Positions 29,760 to 41,299 are shown, numbered from the whole stretch's first letter. The stretch is DNA of 46,075 nucleotides, filler included, from Candidatus Woesearchaeota archaeon (GCA_964342845.1; 7 parts of 7 records of this genome joined end to end with filler, not necessarily neighbours in it); one strand, 5' to 3'. Program-made: numbers and translations. Notes: generated by a model not told the origin, from the sequence alone.

Positions 29760-30318
29760 CTTTACTTTTTCCTGCTTTTTCTTTTTTTAGTTCTTCTTCA
29801 ACCCATTTAACGTTCCCTAATCTTAATTGACGCATTGTAAGACCGATTTTTGGGTTTGTAGGATCTTTATAGCTTATAGCTATTATTCTTGCTCTACAAA
29901 TATCATTTATTTTTAATACTTTTTTAGATTCTTTTCCTGTTAAAACATTTTCTTTTGAAAATGAAACAAAATCATCCATTGTTTGAGAAACATGAATCAT
30001 TCCTTCTATTGGTCCCATCTCAATAAAAGCACCAAAATCTGTTATTTCTGAGATTTTTCCTAAAACTACCTCTTGTAATTCTGGTTTAAACACGTATAAA
30101 GAGAATGTTGTTTCATAATAAGCAGCTCCATCTCCAGGAATTATTATTCCTTCTCCTATGTTTTCTACTTTTGAAACAGCTATTACAAAGCCTAAATCAG
30201 CTGAAAAATAGCTATCAAATGTTTCTTTTAGGCTGTTTAGTACTGCTTCTTGAGTATTCTCTGAAAATAGGTGTGGCGGTACTCTTACATAGCTTTTTAC
30301 TTTGGTTTCGTAGAACAT
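29752..30318 (-). CDS. rpoE1: RNA polymerase subunit E' (Rpo7)
   Basis: IIPGDGAAY, FGAF, S1 domain and KIGLTMRQ motifs. Confidence 0.95.
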   Translation of the reverse strand: MFYETKVKSYVRVPPHLFSENTQEAVLNSLKETFDSYFSADLGFVIAVSKVENIGEGIIIPGDGAAYYETTFSLYVFKPELQEVVLGKISEITDFGAFIEMGPIEGMIHVSQTMDDFVSFSKENVLTGKESKKVLKINDICRARIIAISYKDPTNPKIGLTMRQLRLGNVKWVEEELKKEKAGKSKDG

Positions 30319-30339
30319 TTTAAATTTTTAGGTTTTTAT

Positions 30340-30690
30340 TCATTTAATAAAACTTTCGGTCATTATATACTTTTTGTTTCTTAGGGTTATTATTGGAATA
30401 TTTTTGTTTTTTAGCTTTCTTTTTAATTCTTTGTCTAATGTTGCTACAATTACTTCTTTTTGCTCTAAGATAGCTGAGTCTACGTCTTTTGTGGTTTTTA
30501 TTTGTTTTACGTCTTTTATTAGTTGAATTGCTAGTTTTCCTTGTTTTAATTTGTTTAATTCTTGAATCGTTTTGTCTATGATTTTTAGTTGGAAGTTAAA
30601 GTTGAGTTTCTCTTTTAGTTCTGTTTTAAAGTCTATTTTGTATTTTACACAGTAGGCTATGAAATTTGTGTCTAGGATTATTGTTTTCAT
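30340..30690 (-). CDS. Fcf1/Utp24-like PIN-domain protein
   Basis: IILDTNF, VD and VATLDKELK motifs; conserved archaeal position upstream of rpoE1. Confidence 0.85.
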   Translation of the reverse strand: MKTIILDTNFIAYCVKYKIDFKTELKEKLNFNFQLKIIDKTIQELNKLKQGKLAIQLIKDVKQIKTTKDVDSAILEQKEVIVATLDKELKRKLKNKNIPIITLRNKKYIMTESFIK

Positions 30691-30761
30691 AAGATTTAGT
30701 CTTTTTTATTGTTTATAAACTATTTGTTAGAAAGGTTGTTTTAGAAACATTTATATAACCT

Positions 30762-31385
30762 ATGAAGCCAAATAAATTTATGGAAAAAGGATTAAAAAAT
30801 CCAGCAATTTTGGTTATTTTACTAGTTTTTGCACCTTTTGTTAATGCTGATATTGCTCCAGAGGAAGGCTGGCACGAATTAAATAGGTGTGTTAAAATAG
30901 TAAATTTAGAGGATTTTCCTGACATTACTTTAATAGGATATATAACAGGTCCAATGATTGATGGTTATGAGGTCTATGTGGTTGAATCTGGAGAATGTTT
31001 AACAACAACTTATAAATTTGATGAGTTAAGAATCTATGCAGTTGAAACTGATTATCTGAATTCTGTGGGGCTTGAAGAGATTGATTTTGCTTCAGATCCT
31101 AATGTAATGGCTTATGGGGAAGTTATTGATGTTTATGGTGATTATATAAGTGATGATGATCCTTTAATTGAAGAAGAAATAGAATATGCAATAGCAGGTT
31201 TTGTCGATAATGGGTTGGTTCTTTATATGTCAGCAAGAACATCTAGGTATAATGATGGTACGCCAGATGTGGTTGAAGATTTTGTGGGGCCGGATATACC
31301 TAACATTGAATCTGGTATGGGTTGGGAAGGTTTTTGGGATTCATTTGTTTGTTTTTTTAAAGGATTATTTGGTAATAGTTGTTAA
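30762..31385 (+). CDS. Secreted acidic hypothetical protein with a Cys-flanked C-terminal amphipathic tail
   Basis: Signal peptide ending VNA-DIAP; C-terminus FWDSFVCFFKGLFGNSC. Confidence 0.75.
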   Translation: MKPNKFMEKGLKNPAILVILLVFAPFVNADIAPEEGWHELNRCVKIVNLEDFPDITLIGYITGPMIDGYEVYVVESGECLTTTYKFDELRIYAVETDYLNSVGLEEIDFASDPNVMAYGEVIDVYGDYISDDDPLIEEEIEYAIAGFVDNGLVLYMSARTSRYNDGTPDVVEDFVGPDIPNIESGMGWEGFWDSFVCFFKGLFGNSC

Positions 31386-31387
31386 AA

Positions 31388-31732
31388 ATGATTTACGAAT
31401 ATGAATTTTTGTTTTCTTTGCTTCTTACAATTATTGTTGAGACGTTAGTTTTATTTTTTGTTGTTAAGTATTTTTTTAAACTTAAGAGAATATCTAATTC
31501 TTTGTTGATTTTCTTAGGTATTTTTTGTTCTTTTGCTACACTTCCCTATCTTTGGTTTATATTTCCGTTATTTTTAGAAACAAGAAACATTTTTATTTTA
31601 TTCGGGGAATTTTTGGTGGTTTTAATAGAATCAATTATTTATTATTTTGTGTTGAAGGTTGGTTGGAAAAAGGCTGTTGTTCTCTCTTTGGTTTGTAATT
31701 TAGCTTCTTTTTTGGTTGGTTTATTTATTTGA
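31388..31732 (+). CDS. Four-TM membrane protein
   Basis: Starts 2 nt after the previous stop; TM helices carry Glu residues (LTIIVE, GEFLVVLIE) and CNLAS. Confidence 0.75.
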   Translation: MIYEYEFLFSLLLTIIVETLVLFFVVKYFFKLKRISNSLLIFLGIFCSFATLPYLWFIFPLFLETRNIFILFGEFLVVLIESIIYYFVLKVGWKKAVVLSLVCNLASFLVGLFI

Positions 31733-31823
31733 AGTTTTATTGTTTATAAAGGTTATTTAAACTAAAATTTTCTACTTTTTTAAGATATAAATCTATTTAA
31801 ATAATCTTACTACTCTTTTGAAT

Positions 31824-32165
31824 ATGGATAAATCTTTAGAAGTTAGAACATTGAATGGGAAGTTTTTTCGTGAAGATTTCGATGTAAGGGCAGTCATCCC
31901 TAATGACATGTTGCCTAGATCTTTGACGCCTATACTTATTGAGAAGGCAGAAGGGGTGTATTTAGAAATGAAAATAGTACCAGGGGAAGTTGCTCTAGAA
32001 GGATATAAATGGCAATTAGCAGAACCTTCACATATTGTATATGTAAAAGATAATCCGGATCATCCGGCGTATAAAAAAGGCAAAAGGATCATCCAACCTG
32101 GTTTTATTAATATAAATGGTCCAGCTGATTATAATGGTGTTCTTGCTATTCATAATATTGATTAA
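31824..32165 (+). CDS. Hypothetical protein
   Basis: ORF with an upstream TATTTAAATA box; no family recognised. Confidence 0.6.
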   Translation: MDKSLEVRTLNGKFFREDFDVRAVIPNDMLPRSLTPILIEKAEGVYLEMKIVPGEVALEGYKWQLAEPSHIVYVKDNPDHPAYKKGKRIIQPGFININGPADYNGVLAIHNID

Positions 32166-32205
32166 GAAAGCCTTTTATTACAAATCTTTAGATTTTTAAT
32201 TCTAA

Positions 32206-34427
<2,222 letters not shown>

Positions 34428-34435
<8 letters not shown>

Positions 34436-35740
34436 TAATAACGAAAGAATTCAGAAAAGGATGATTGAAGATGAGATGAAGCAGAGTTATGTAGACTATG
34501 CTATGAGTGTTATTGTTGGAAGAGCTTTACCAGATATAAGAGATGGATTAAAACCAGTTCATAGAAGAATTTTGTTTTCTATGAAGGAACTAGGGCTTTA
34601 TTCTAATAAACAATTTAAAAAATGTGCTAGGGTTGTTGGAGATTGTTTAGGAAAATTTCATCCACATGGTGATTTGTCTGTTTATGATGCTTTAGTAAGG
34701 ATGGCTCAAGAATTTTCTTTGAGATATCCATTAATTAAAGGCCAAGGTAATTTTGGAAGTACTGAAGATAAACCAGCTTCTATGAGATATACTGAATGTA
34801 AGTTAAATAAGATTGCTGAAGAGATTTTACAAGATTTAGATAAAGATACTGTAGATTTTACAGATAATTTTGATGGTTCTTTGAAAGAGCCTTTGGTTTT
34901 ACCTTGTAAGGTTCCTAATTTGTTAATTAATGGTAGTTCTGGAATTGCTGTAGGTATGGCTACAAATATTCCCCCTCATAATTTAAAAGAGATTTGTGAA
35001 GCTGCAATTAAAGTAATTGATAATCCTGATGTTTCTGTTGAAGAACTTATGGAATATGTTAAAGGCCCTGACTTTCCAACAGGCGGTGTGATTTGTGGAA
35101 GAGATGGAGTTTTTAAGGCTTATAAAACTGGAAGAGGTAAGTTATTGTTAAGAGGTGTTGTGGATGTTGAAGAAAAGAGATTAATTGTAAGAGAAATTCC
35201 TTATCAAGTTAATAAAGCTTTAATGATAGAGCATATTGTTGATTTAGTTAAAGATAAAAGAATAGAAGGTATTAGAGATATAAGGGATGAATCAAATAAA
35301 GAAGGGATTAGAGTTGTTATAGAACTAAAACAAAATGTAAATCCTGAGTTGGTTTTGAATAAATTGTACAAATATACTTCTTTGCAGACTACATTTGGAA
35401 TTATAAACTTATCTTTAGTTAATAATGAGCCTAAAATCTTAGGTTTGAAAGAGACTTTGAATTATTTTGTTTTACATAGAAAAGAAGTTGTAACTAGAAG
35501 AACTAAGTTTGAGTTGAAAAAAGCTAGTGAAAGAGCTCATATTTTAGAAGGATTGAAGGTTGCTTTAGAGAATATTGATGAAGTTATTAATTTAATTAAG
35601 AAAAGTAAAGATGCTTCTGTTGCTAGAGAAGGTTTGATTAATAAGTATAAATTATCTGAAATTCAGGCTCAAGCTATTTTAGATATGAGGTTGCAGAAGT
35701 TAACTTCTTTGGAAACTTCGAAAATAAATCAAGAATATTC
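34428..35740 (+). CDS. gyrA: DNA gyrase subunit A, N-terminal part
   Basis: [21 protein letters not shown], catalytic MRYTE and [14 protein letters not shown] motifs. Confidence 0.96.
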
Positions 35741-35840
35741 NNNNNNNNNNNNNNNNNNNNNNNNNNNNNNNNNNNNNNNNNNNNTTAATTAATTAANNNN
35801 NNNNNNNNNNNNNNNNNNNNNNNNNNNNNNNNNNNNNNNN
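35741..35840. other. Artificial contig linker
   Basis: N44-TTAATTAATTAA-N44. Confidence 0.98.
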
Positions 35841-36312
35841 TGTTGGAGAAATAGGTTTAGACTTTACGTATGGTTCTAAGGAAAAACAAATTGACGTGTT
35901 TAAGTTGATGTTGAAGTTAGCTGAAGAGTTAAATGTTCCTGCTATAATTCATTCTAGAAAGGCTGAAAAAGAGGTTTTAGAAATTTTAGAATCTTTTAGA
36001 ATTAAGGCTGTATTACACTGTTTTCATGGAAATAAGAAACTGATTAAGAAAGCAGAAAAGATGAGTTGTATGTTTTCAGTTCCTTGTGTGATTGTAAGAT
36101 CAAAACACTTTCAAAATTTAGTTGATATTGTTTCGTTAAGTAAGATTTTAACAGAAACAGATGCACCTTATCTCTCTCCTGTTAAAGGAAAGTTGAACGA
36201 ACCTTGTAATGTTAAGCACACAATTAAAAAAATTTCAGAAATAAAAAACGTGAATGTAAAAGAAATTGAAAAAATTGTTTACATGAATTACAAAAACTTA
36301 TTCTTTTGTTAA
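35841..36312 (+). CDS. tatD: TatD-family DNase, 5' truncated
   Basis: VGEIGLD, IHSRKA, LHCF and ETDAPY motifs. Confidence 0.92.
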
Positions 36313-36391
36313 AAACGAAACATATTTAAATACTAATTTTCATAATTTAAATTAAGTTTTAAAAATAAAACTAAAAGAGGTGAAAAAAAAT

Positions 36392-36703
36392 ATGGCAATT
36401 CTAAAAAGAAAAACAACTGCACGTAGAAAAGTTGCTGCTAAAAGAACAGTAAGGAGAGCTGGTGCAAGAAAAACTGCTGCAAGAAGAACAGTGAGAAAAA
36501 CTGCTGCTAAAAGAACAGTAAGGAGAGCGGGTGTTAGAAAAACTGCTGCAAGAAGAACAGTGAGAAAAGCAGGCGCAAGAAAAACTGCTGCTAAAAGAAC
36601 AGTAAGGAGAGCGGGTGTTAGAAAAACTGCTGCAAGAAGAACAGTGAGAAAAGCAGGCGCAAGAAGAACAGTGAGAAAAACTGCTGCAAGAAGAAAAAGA
36701 TAA
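36392..36703 (+). CDS. Protamine/histone-H1-like (Hc2-like) Arg/Lys-rich repeat protein
   Basis: 103 aa with 46 K/R and no acidic residues; alternating basic doublets and TAA/TV/AGA spacers. GAGGTGA SD, TATA box at about 36322 and a T-rich terminator. Confidence 0.8.
   Translation: MAILKRKTTARRKVAAKRTVRRAGARKTAARRTVRKTAAKRTVRRAGVRKTAARRTVRKAGARKTAAKRTVRRAGVRKTAARRTVRKAGARRTVRKTAARRKR
36497..36664 (+). repeat. Perfect 84-bp tandem duplication inside the basic repeat gene
   Basis: 36497-36580 equals 36581-36664 (KTAAKRTVRRAGVRKTAARRTVRKAGAR twice), with degenerate copies on either side. Confidence 0.9.
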
Positions 36704-36722
36704 AAAATTTTTTCTTTTTTAT

Positions 36723-36833
36723 TTATATTTCTGCTTCATTATACCCAGCCATAAACCCGGCTTCAAATGAATTTAGTTCGTCATCTTCTTCCATTGTCGT
36801 TATATCTTCTTTTAAATATATACTTCTTATCAT
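36723..36833 (-). CDS. Acidic micro-protein (36 aa)
   Basis: MIRSIYLKEDITTMEEDDELNSFEAGFMAGYNEAEI; AGGAGG SD; ATGA overlap with the upstream micro-ORF. Confidence 0.7.
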   Translation of the reverse strand: MIRSIYLKEDITTMEEDDELNSFEAGFMAGYNEAEI

Positions 36834-36961
36834 TTTATCCTCCTAAGTGACCTCTTATATGAGTCTTCTGCTTTATTATTAACTAATTCCCAGAATTTTC
36901 TGTCTTTTTCAAGTCTGCTAAATTCTTCCCACCCTAAATAATTTCTTTTTTTAAATAACAT
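36830..36961 (-). CDS. Micro-protein (43 aa)
   Basis: MLFKKRNYLGWEEFSRLEKDRKFWELVNNKAEDSYKRSLRRIK; GGAGGTGA SD and TTTATAAA promoter at about 36998-37005. Confidence 0.65.
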   Translation of the reverse strand: MLFKKRNYLGWEEFSRLEKDRKFWELVNNKAEDSYKRSLRRIK

Positions 36962-37036
36962 TTTTAATCACCTCCAGCAATATAATAGTAGAATTAGTTT
37001 ATAAACTCCGTTCGGGTTCTTGATAGGTTTGCAATG

Positions 37037-38083
37037 CTAAAAATCTGTTAGCTTTTTTCTGTAATGTACGGTGCTGGAGCTTGTACCGCCAATATTTTTT
37101 ATGTCTAGCATTGCATTCTTTTGCAAATCAGAGAGTTTTCTATATAGTGTAGTATATGTTTTATCTCCCCCTTGTTTTACGTAGATGTCATATATTTCTT
37201 TGATTGTTTTTCCTGAGTTGTTTTTTGCTATATCTAGGATGTTTTTTTCTTCTGGTGTTAGGTCTTTTTTTTCTGTTTCTAAGAGTTTGTTTATTGCTTC
37301 TGTTGTGTGCTCCATATTTATTTGTTTACTTAATTTTCTTTCTGCGATGTTTCCAGATTCTTTTAAAAGTGCTAGTCCTGTTCTAATATCTTTTAATGCG
37401 AATGTTTTGTTTGTGATTAATTCTAATGCGTCTTGATTGAATATATTTCTTTGAAAAGCTAAATCTTTTCTCATTTTTAGAATAGATTTTGTTTCTCCAT
37501 AAGTATAAGGATGGAAGTCTAAGTGTTCTAAGGAAAGTCTTGATCTTATTCTCTGGTCTAGTTTTGATATCCATTCATGGTCGTTTGTTATTAGTAAGAT
37601 TGTTTTTTTAGGTATGTCTTCTGTTATTGAATATAGGATGTCAATTTCTCTAACTTTGTCTATTTCGTCAAGGCAAAAAACAACTGATTTTTTGTTTAAG
37701 ATGTCTGAGATGATTTTCATTAATTCGTCTGTTCTTTTGTTGTGTGTCCATTTGTAATTTATTTGGTCTGCTATTTCATTTAAAATTTTGAAACTTGAGT
37801 CTTTTTTCCAGCAATTTATGTAGATAGGTGTTATTTCATCTGTTTTTGATTCTAGTTCCATGAAGATATGTTTTATTGCTAAAGTTTTTCCTATTCCTGG
37901 TTTTCCTGTTATTAAGAGATTTTTTCCAGATCTTTTTTGGAAGAGAGGTGAGATACATTCAGCTATGTAATGTTGTTGGTTTTCTCTGTGAGGTATTTCT
38001 TTTGGTATGAAGTCTGGGTCTAAGCTGATTTCATCTATAAATAAGGATTCAGATTCTTCTAAGTATTTGTCGAATAGATTCAT
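37037..38083 (-). CDS. cdc6: Cdc6/Orc1-family AAA+ ATPase
   Basis: PHRE, Walker A GKPGIGKT, YINC, Walker B LDEID, RIRSRL, F.PY and DIR motifs. Confidence 0.88.
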   Translation of the reverse strand: MNLFDKYLEESESLFIDEISLDPDFIPKEIPHRENQQHYIAECISPLFQKRSGKNLLITGKPGIGKTLAIKHIFMELESKTDEITPIYINCWKKDSSFKILNEIADQINYKWTHNKRTDELMKIISDILNKKSVVFCLDEIDKVREIDILYSITEDIPKKTILLITNDHEWISKLDQRIRSRLSLEHLDFHPYTYGETKSILKMRKDLAFQRNIFNQDALELITNKTFALKDIRTGLALLKESGNIAERKLSKQINMEHTTEAINKLLETEKKDLTPEEKNILDIAKNNSGKTIKEIYDIYVKQGGDKTYTTLYRKLSDLQKNAMLDIKNIGGTSSSTVHYRKKLTDF

Positions 38084-38119
38084 GAGAATTTAGGAAGTGT
38101 TTTAGAGATATAAAAGTTT

Positions 38120-38476
38120 CTAAATTTCTTCTACACCGTCTTTTGTTGAAGATACCAGTCTTATTCCTACTCCAAGTTTTAAAATTGCTCCTAAGAAAGC
38201 CATGTGTTCTTTTCCAGAGCCAGAAATAAAGTTTACTGCTACTTCTGTTCCTTTTATTTTTTCTTTTAGAGTGTTTAAAATATCTTCTCTTAATTCTTTG
38301 ATTTCTTTGTTTGTGTCAAAAGCAATTACTTCTGTTTTTTCGTCTTTATTGAAGTTTTCTTTTCCAAATTCATTACTGATTAAGATGATTTTTTCCCATT
38401 CTTGTTCTTTCATTAGTTTAGAAACATGTGCCCAGGTTCCTTTTCCTGTTGATAAACAAGCGATTAATTCAGTCAT
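38120..38476 (-). CDS. Conserved hypothetical protein, possibly CARF-like Rossmann fold
   Basis: LIACLSTGKGTW and VAVNFISGSGKEHMA motifs in a beta/alpha pattern. Confidence 0.65.
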   Translation of the reverse strand: MTELIACLSTGKGTWAHVSKLMKEQEWEKIILISNEFGKENFNKDEKTEVIAFDTNKEIKELREDILNTLKEKIKGTEVAVNFISGSGKEHMAFLGAILKLGVGIRLVSSTKDGVEEI

Positions 38477-38518
38477 AATGTTTTGTGAGAAGAAGATATA
38501 TAAAAAGATATTGGTAGT

Positions 38519-38815
38519 TTAGTATTGTGGATTTGTTTTTATTTCTTTTAAAAGGATTCCATATGCTTTTATTGCGTTCTCTCCTAGGTTGTTTATTGTT
38601 ACTTCGCTGGCTCTCAGGGTTTTTTCTAATTCTCTTAATTTTTCTCTTTCTTTTTTTATTTGTAGTTCATTATCCTCTTGTTTTTGTTCGAAATGAGGGT
38701 TATAAAATTTTCCGCAATCTATGCAAATAAAGAAAGGATACCCTTCCAATTCTAATCCTGTTGGGAATTCCCTAGGATGGACTCTTTTTCCGTCACATCT
38801 AATTTCTTCTATCAT
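38519..38815 (-). CDS. Hypothetical protein with zinc-ribbon-like N-terminus and coiled coil
   Basis: C..H and CIDC followed by a heptad-rich helix. Confidence 0.55.
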   Translation of the reverse strand: MIEEIRCDGKRVHPREFPTGLELEGYPFFICIDCGKFYNPHFEQKQEDNELQIKKEREKLRELEKTLRASEVTINNLGENAIKAYGILLKEIKTNPQY

Positions 38816-38859
38816 TTTCTATTTTAGGGGGTTTAATTGGCTTATAAAAAGGTTTTTAT

Positions 38860-39477
38860 TTAGATTTTTTTGATAATTTGGATAATTTCATTTAAATTTC
38901 TTTTATTAATAACAAAATTCCAATGTTCTTGTTCTTCTGGGCAAAAACCTATAGAAATTCCAGCTAATCTTGCCATTTTTAAGTCTGCATGATCATGACC
39001 GACAACTATACAATCTTTAGGATTTAATTTATTTTCTTGACATAATTTTTTGAAGATTTCATCTTTTTTATCTGCTCCTATTGGCCATTTGAATTCTCCT
39101 GTAGCTTTTTGATCTCTGAAAATCAATTCATTTGTATAAATATGATCTATGTTTAGGTCTTTCTTTGCTCTTTCAGCTAATCTTCTTGGACCTGAGCTTA
39201 TTATTGCTGTTTTATATCTTTGGTCTTTTAGCCAAGTGAATAATTCTTTTGCGCCTTCAACATATTCTAAAGAGTTAGTTAATTCTAAGAATTTAGATTC
39301 TGGTTTATTTTTCCATAATTTGTTGACTACTTCTTCTACTAATTTTGGGTAATCTGTTTTTAGGTATTTTTTAGTTAATTCTAATCCTTTTTCATGTGTT
39401 TCGTAGATTTTATGAAGTTCTATCCAGAAATTATTGTGTTTAAAGATTACTCCATCCATATCAAAGCAGATTAACAT
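38860..39477 (-). CDS. HAD-superfamily phosphatase (SerB-like)
   Basis: FDMDGV, ISSG, K and VGHDHAD motifs. Confidence 0.85.
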   Translation of the reverse strand: MLICFDMDGVIFKHNNFWIELHKIYETHEKGLELTKKYLKTDYPKLVEEVVNKLWKNKPESKFLELTNSLEYVEGAKELFTWLKDQRYKTAIISSGPRRLAERAKKDLNIDHIYTNELIFRDQKATGEFKWPIGADKKDEIFKKLCQENKLNPKDCIVVGHDHADLKMARLAGISIGFCPEEQEHWNFVINKRNLNEIIQIIKKI

Positions 39478-39560
39478 GTTGAGAGTAATTTCTAAAGATT
39501 TATAATACTTATTTTTTAAACCCAAAAACTATATAAATTGTTAAATTAAAATTTAAAATA

Positions 39561-40013
39561 ATGGTAAAAACAATATCAAAAGAGGTGCCTTTAGCTGAAA
39601 TTACATTAAGAAGATATGAAAAGCCTTATTCTGCTAAAAAAAGAGATATAACTAGGAAATTGTGTTTATCTACAGGTTTATTACAGCCAGGAGATTCTAG
39701 GGACGCAATTGTTGATGTTTTACAGGTTTTATTAGGTGCTAGAAAGCAGAAAAGATATTTGACTTCTTTAGAGGTTAAAGAGAGAGTTACAAAAAATAGG
39801 CAGAAAGAGAAATTACCTTTAAAGGGGTTGGCTGATTCTAATATTAGAAGGCAGTTAAAAAGATTAAAAGATTTTCAACTAGTAGAATGTATTAGGAATA
39901 AGTATAGGATAGTTGAATTTGAACATCCATCTGTTATTTTTGATAAAAATATAAAAGAAGGTTATTTGAAGAATATTACTGAGAGGGTTGAGGAGTATTT
40001 TAAGGCTTTGTAA
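39561..40013 (+). CDS. Conserved hypothetical protein, probable winged-helix regulator
   Basis: EITLRRYEKP, GLLQPGDSRD and SNIRRQLKRLKDFQLVE (wHTH-like) motifs. Confidence 0.7.
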   Translation: MVKTISKEVPLAEITLRRYEKPYSAKKRDITRKLCLSTGLLQPGDSRDAIVDVLQVLLGARKQKRYLTSLEVKERVTKNRQKEKLPLKGLADSNIRRQLKRLKDFQLVECIRNKYRIVEFEHPSVIFDKNIKEGYLKNITERVEEYFKAL

Positions 40014-40071
40014 TTAGTTTAAAAGGTTGTGTTTTTTAAGATAAGTTTAGAGACAGAAAATATATTAATTA

Positions 40072-40413
40072 GTGGTGTTTAACTATCCTATGGGCGATGT
40101 TTTTGTTTATAAAATCTATTCTACTTTTCGTAATCCTAGAAAGGAAGGGTTTTTTATGGAGGATGAGAAATCTGGAGATTTTTGTGTAACTGATGATATA
40201 GACTTCTTTGTGCGTGTTTTTCGTAATTACCGCAATAGGTTGGATTATAGGGGCGATAGAAGAGAATTTTGTACATATTCTGATGGTGATTTTGGAAGGC
40301 CTTTGATACCTTTAAATTTATATCTACTAAGGAGATTTAACAAAAAAGAGATAGAAGACTTAGAAAGGGAGATTGATAAAGTATATTATTTGAGTGGTTT
40401 ACCCGTAAATTAA
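40072..40413 (+). CDS. Hypothetical protein
   Basis: 113-aa ORF filling the gap; start uncertain; no family recognised. Confidence 0.55.
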   Translation: MVFNYPMGDVFVYKIYSTFRNPRKEGFFMEDEKSGDFCVTDDIDFFVRVFRNYRNRLDYRGDRREFCTYSDGDFGRPLIPLNLYLLRRFNKKEIEDLEREIDKVYYLSGLPVN

Positions 40414-40466
40414 AATAAAGAAACTCTAAAGAATAATCTTTTATACCTCTTTAATCTCTAATTTTT

Positions 40467-40976
40467 ATGATATATGAACCCCAAGAAGACTCTTATATGT
40501 TAGAAGAGCAAGTAAAAAAACTAGTTAAAAATGTTAAAGTTTTAGATATGGGAACTGGTTCAGGGATACAAGCTAGAGCTGCTTTAGAGAATAACTGTGA
40601 AGTTTTAGCTATTGATATTAACCAAGAAGCTGTTGATTATGTTAAGAAAAAAGGTATTAGAGTTATAAAATCTGATTTATTTTCAAATGTTGAAGGAAAG
40701 TTTGATGTTATTATATTCAATCCGCCTTATTTGCCTGAAGAAGAGTTAGAAGATGAAGAATCTAAGTTATGTACAACTGGTGGAAAGAAAGGAAGTGAGA
40801 TTGTTGAAAGGTTTTTGAAAGAAGTTAAACATTATTTAAATGAAAATGGTTTTATTTTGGTTGTTGTTAGTTCTTTGACTGGAAAAGATCTTTTTGAAGG
40901 TTTTAAATTTGAAGTTTTATCTGAAAAAAGTTTCTTTTTTGAGAAGTTATATGCTTATAGGTTATTTGTAGAGTAA
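40467..40976 (+). CDS. HemK2/Mtq2-like (aPrmC) release-factor glutamine methyltransferase
   Basis: IYEPQEDS, LDMGTGSG and FNPPY motifs. Confidence 0.9.
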   Translation: MIYEPQEDSYMLEEQVKKLVKNVKVLDMGTGSGIQARAALENNCEVLAIDINQEAVDYVKKKGIRVIKSDLFSNVEGKFDVIIFNPPYLPEEELEDEESKLCTTGGKKGSEIVERFLKEVKHYLNENGFILVVVSSLTGKDLFEGFKFEVLSEKSFFFEKLYAYRLFVE

Positions 40977-41206
40977 CTGTTGCTTTTTTTAAGATATTCT
41001 ACGCAATGATCAATTATAGTCTCTTCTGGCATTTCATCTGTAGGCATTCTTTTTTTTCTAAGAAATCTCTTAAGATATTCTAAGGATTCTGTTTTATTTG
41101 TTATACTACTTGAAACACAATAAGCTCCATATTTTAAGGACAGCTCGTTAAATTCTATTCTTTCTATATGTTCTTTTAAATTTTTAGGATTTGTTATATC
41201 TACCAT
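40955..41206 (-). CDS. Hypothetical protein
   Basis: 83-aa ORF with an upstream AAAGCTTAAATA promoter. Confidence 0.5.
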   Translation of the reverse strand: MVDITNPKNLKEHIERIEFNELSLKYGAYCVSSSITNKTESLEYLKRFLRKKRMPTDEMPEETIIDHCVEYLKKSNSYSTNNL

Positions 41207-41299
41207 AAACTTTAGGAAAATTTACCCTTATTTAAGCTTTATTGTTTATTAAAAATAAATCCATAAGGTTTATAAATGAGTTATTACTCAAAATTAACT

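Noticed and set aside
36392..36703. Tandem repeats resembling a CRISPR array
   Set aside because: There are no unique spacers, the unit lengths are multiples of three, and they lie in an open frame with an SD. No cas genes are in the window.
36700..37037. Possible replication origin beside cdc6
   Set aside because: The gap is filled by two micro-ORFs. I saw no repeated ORB-like G-string elements and no skew switch.
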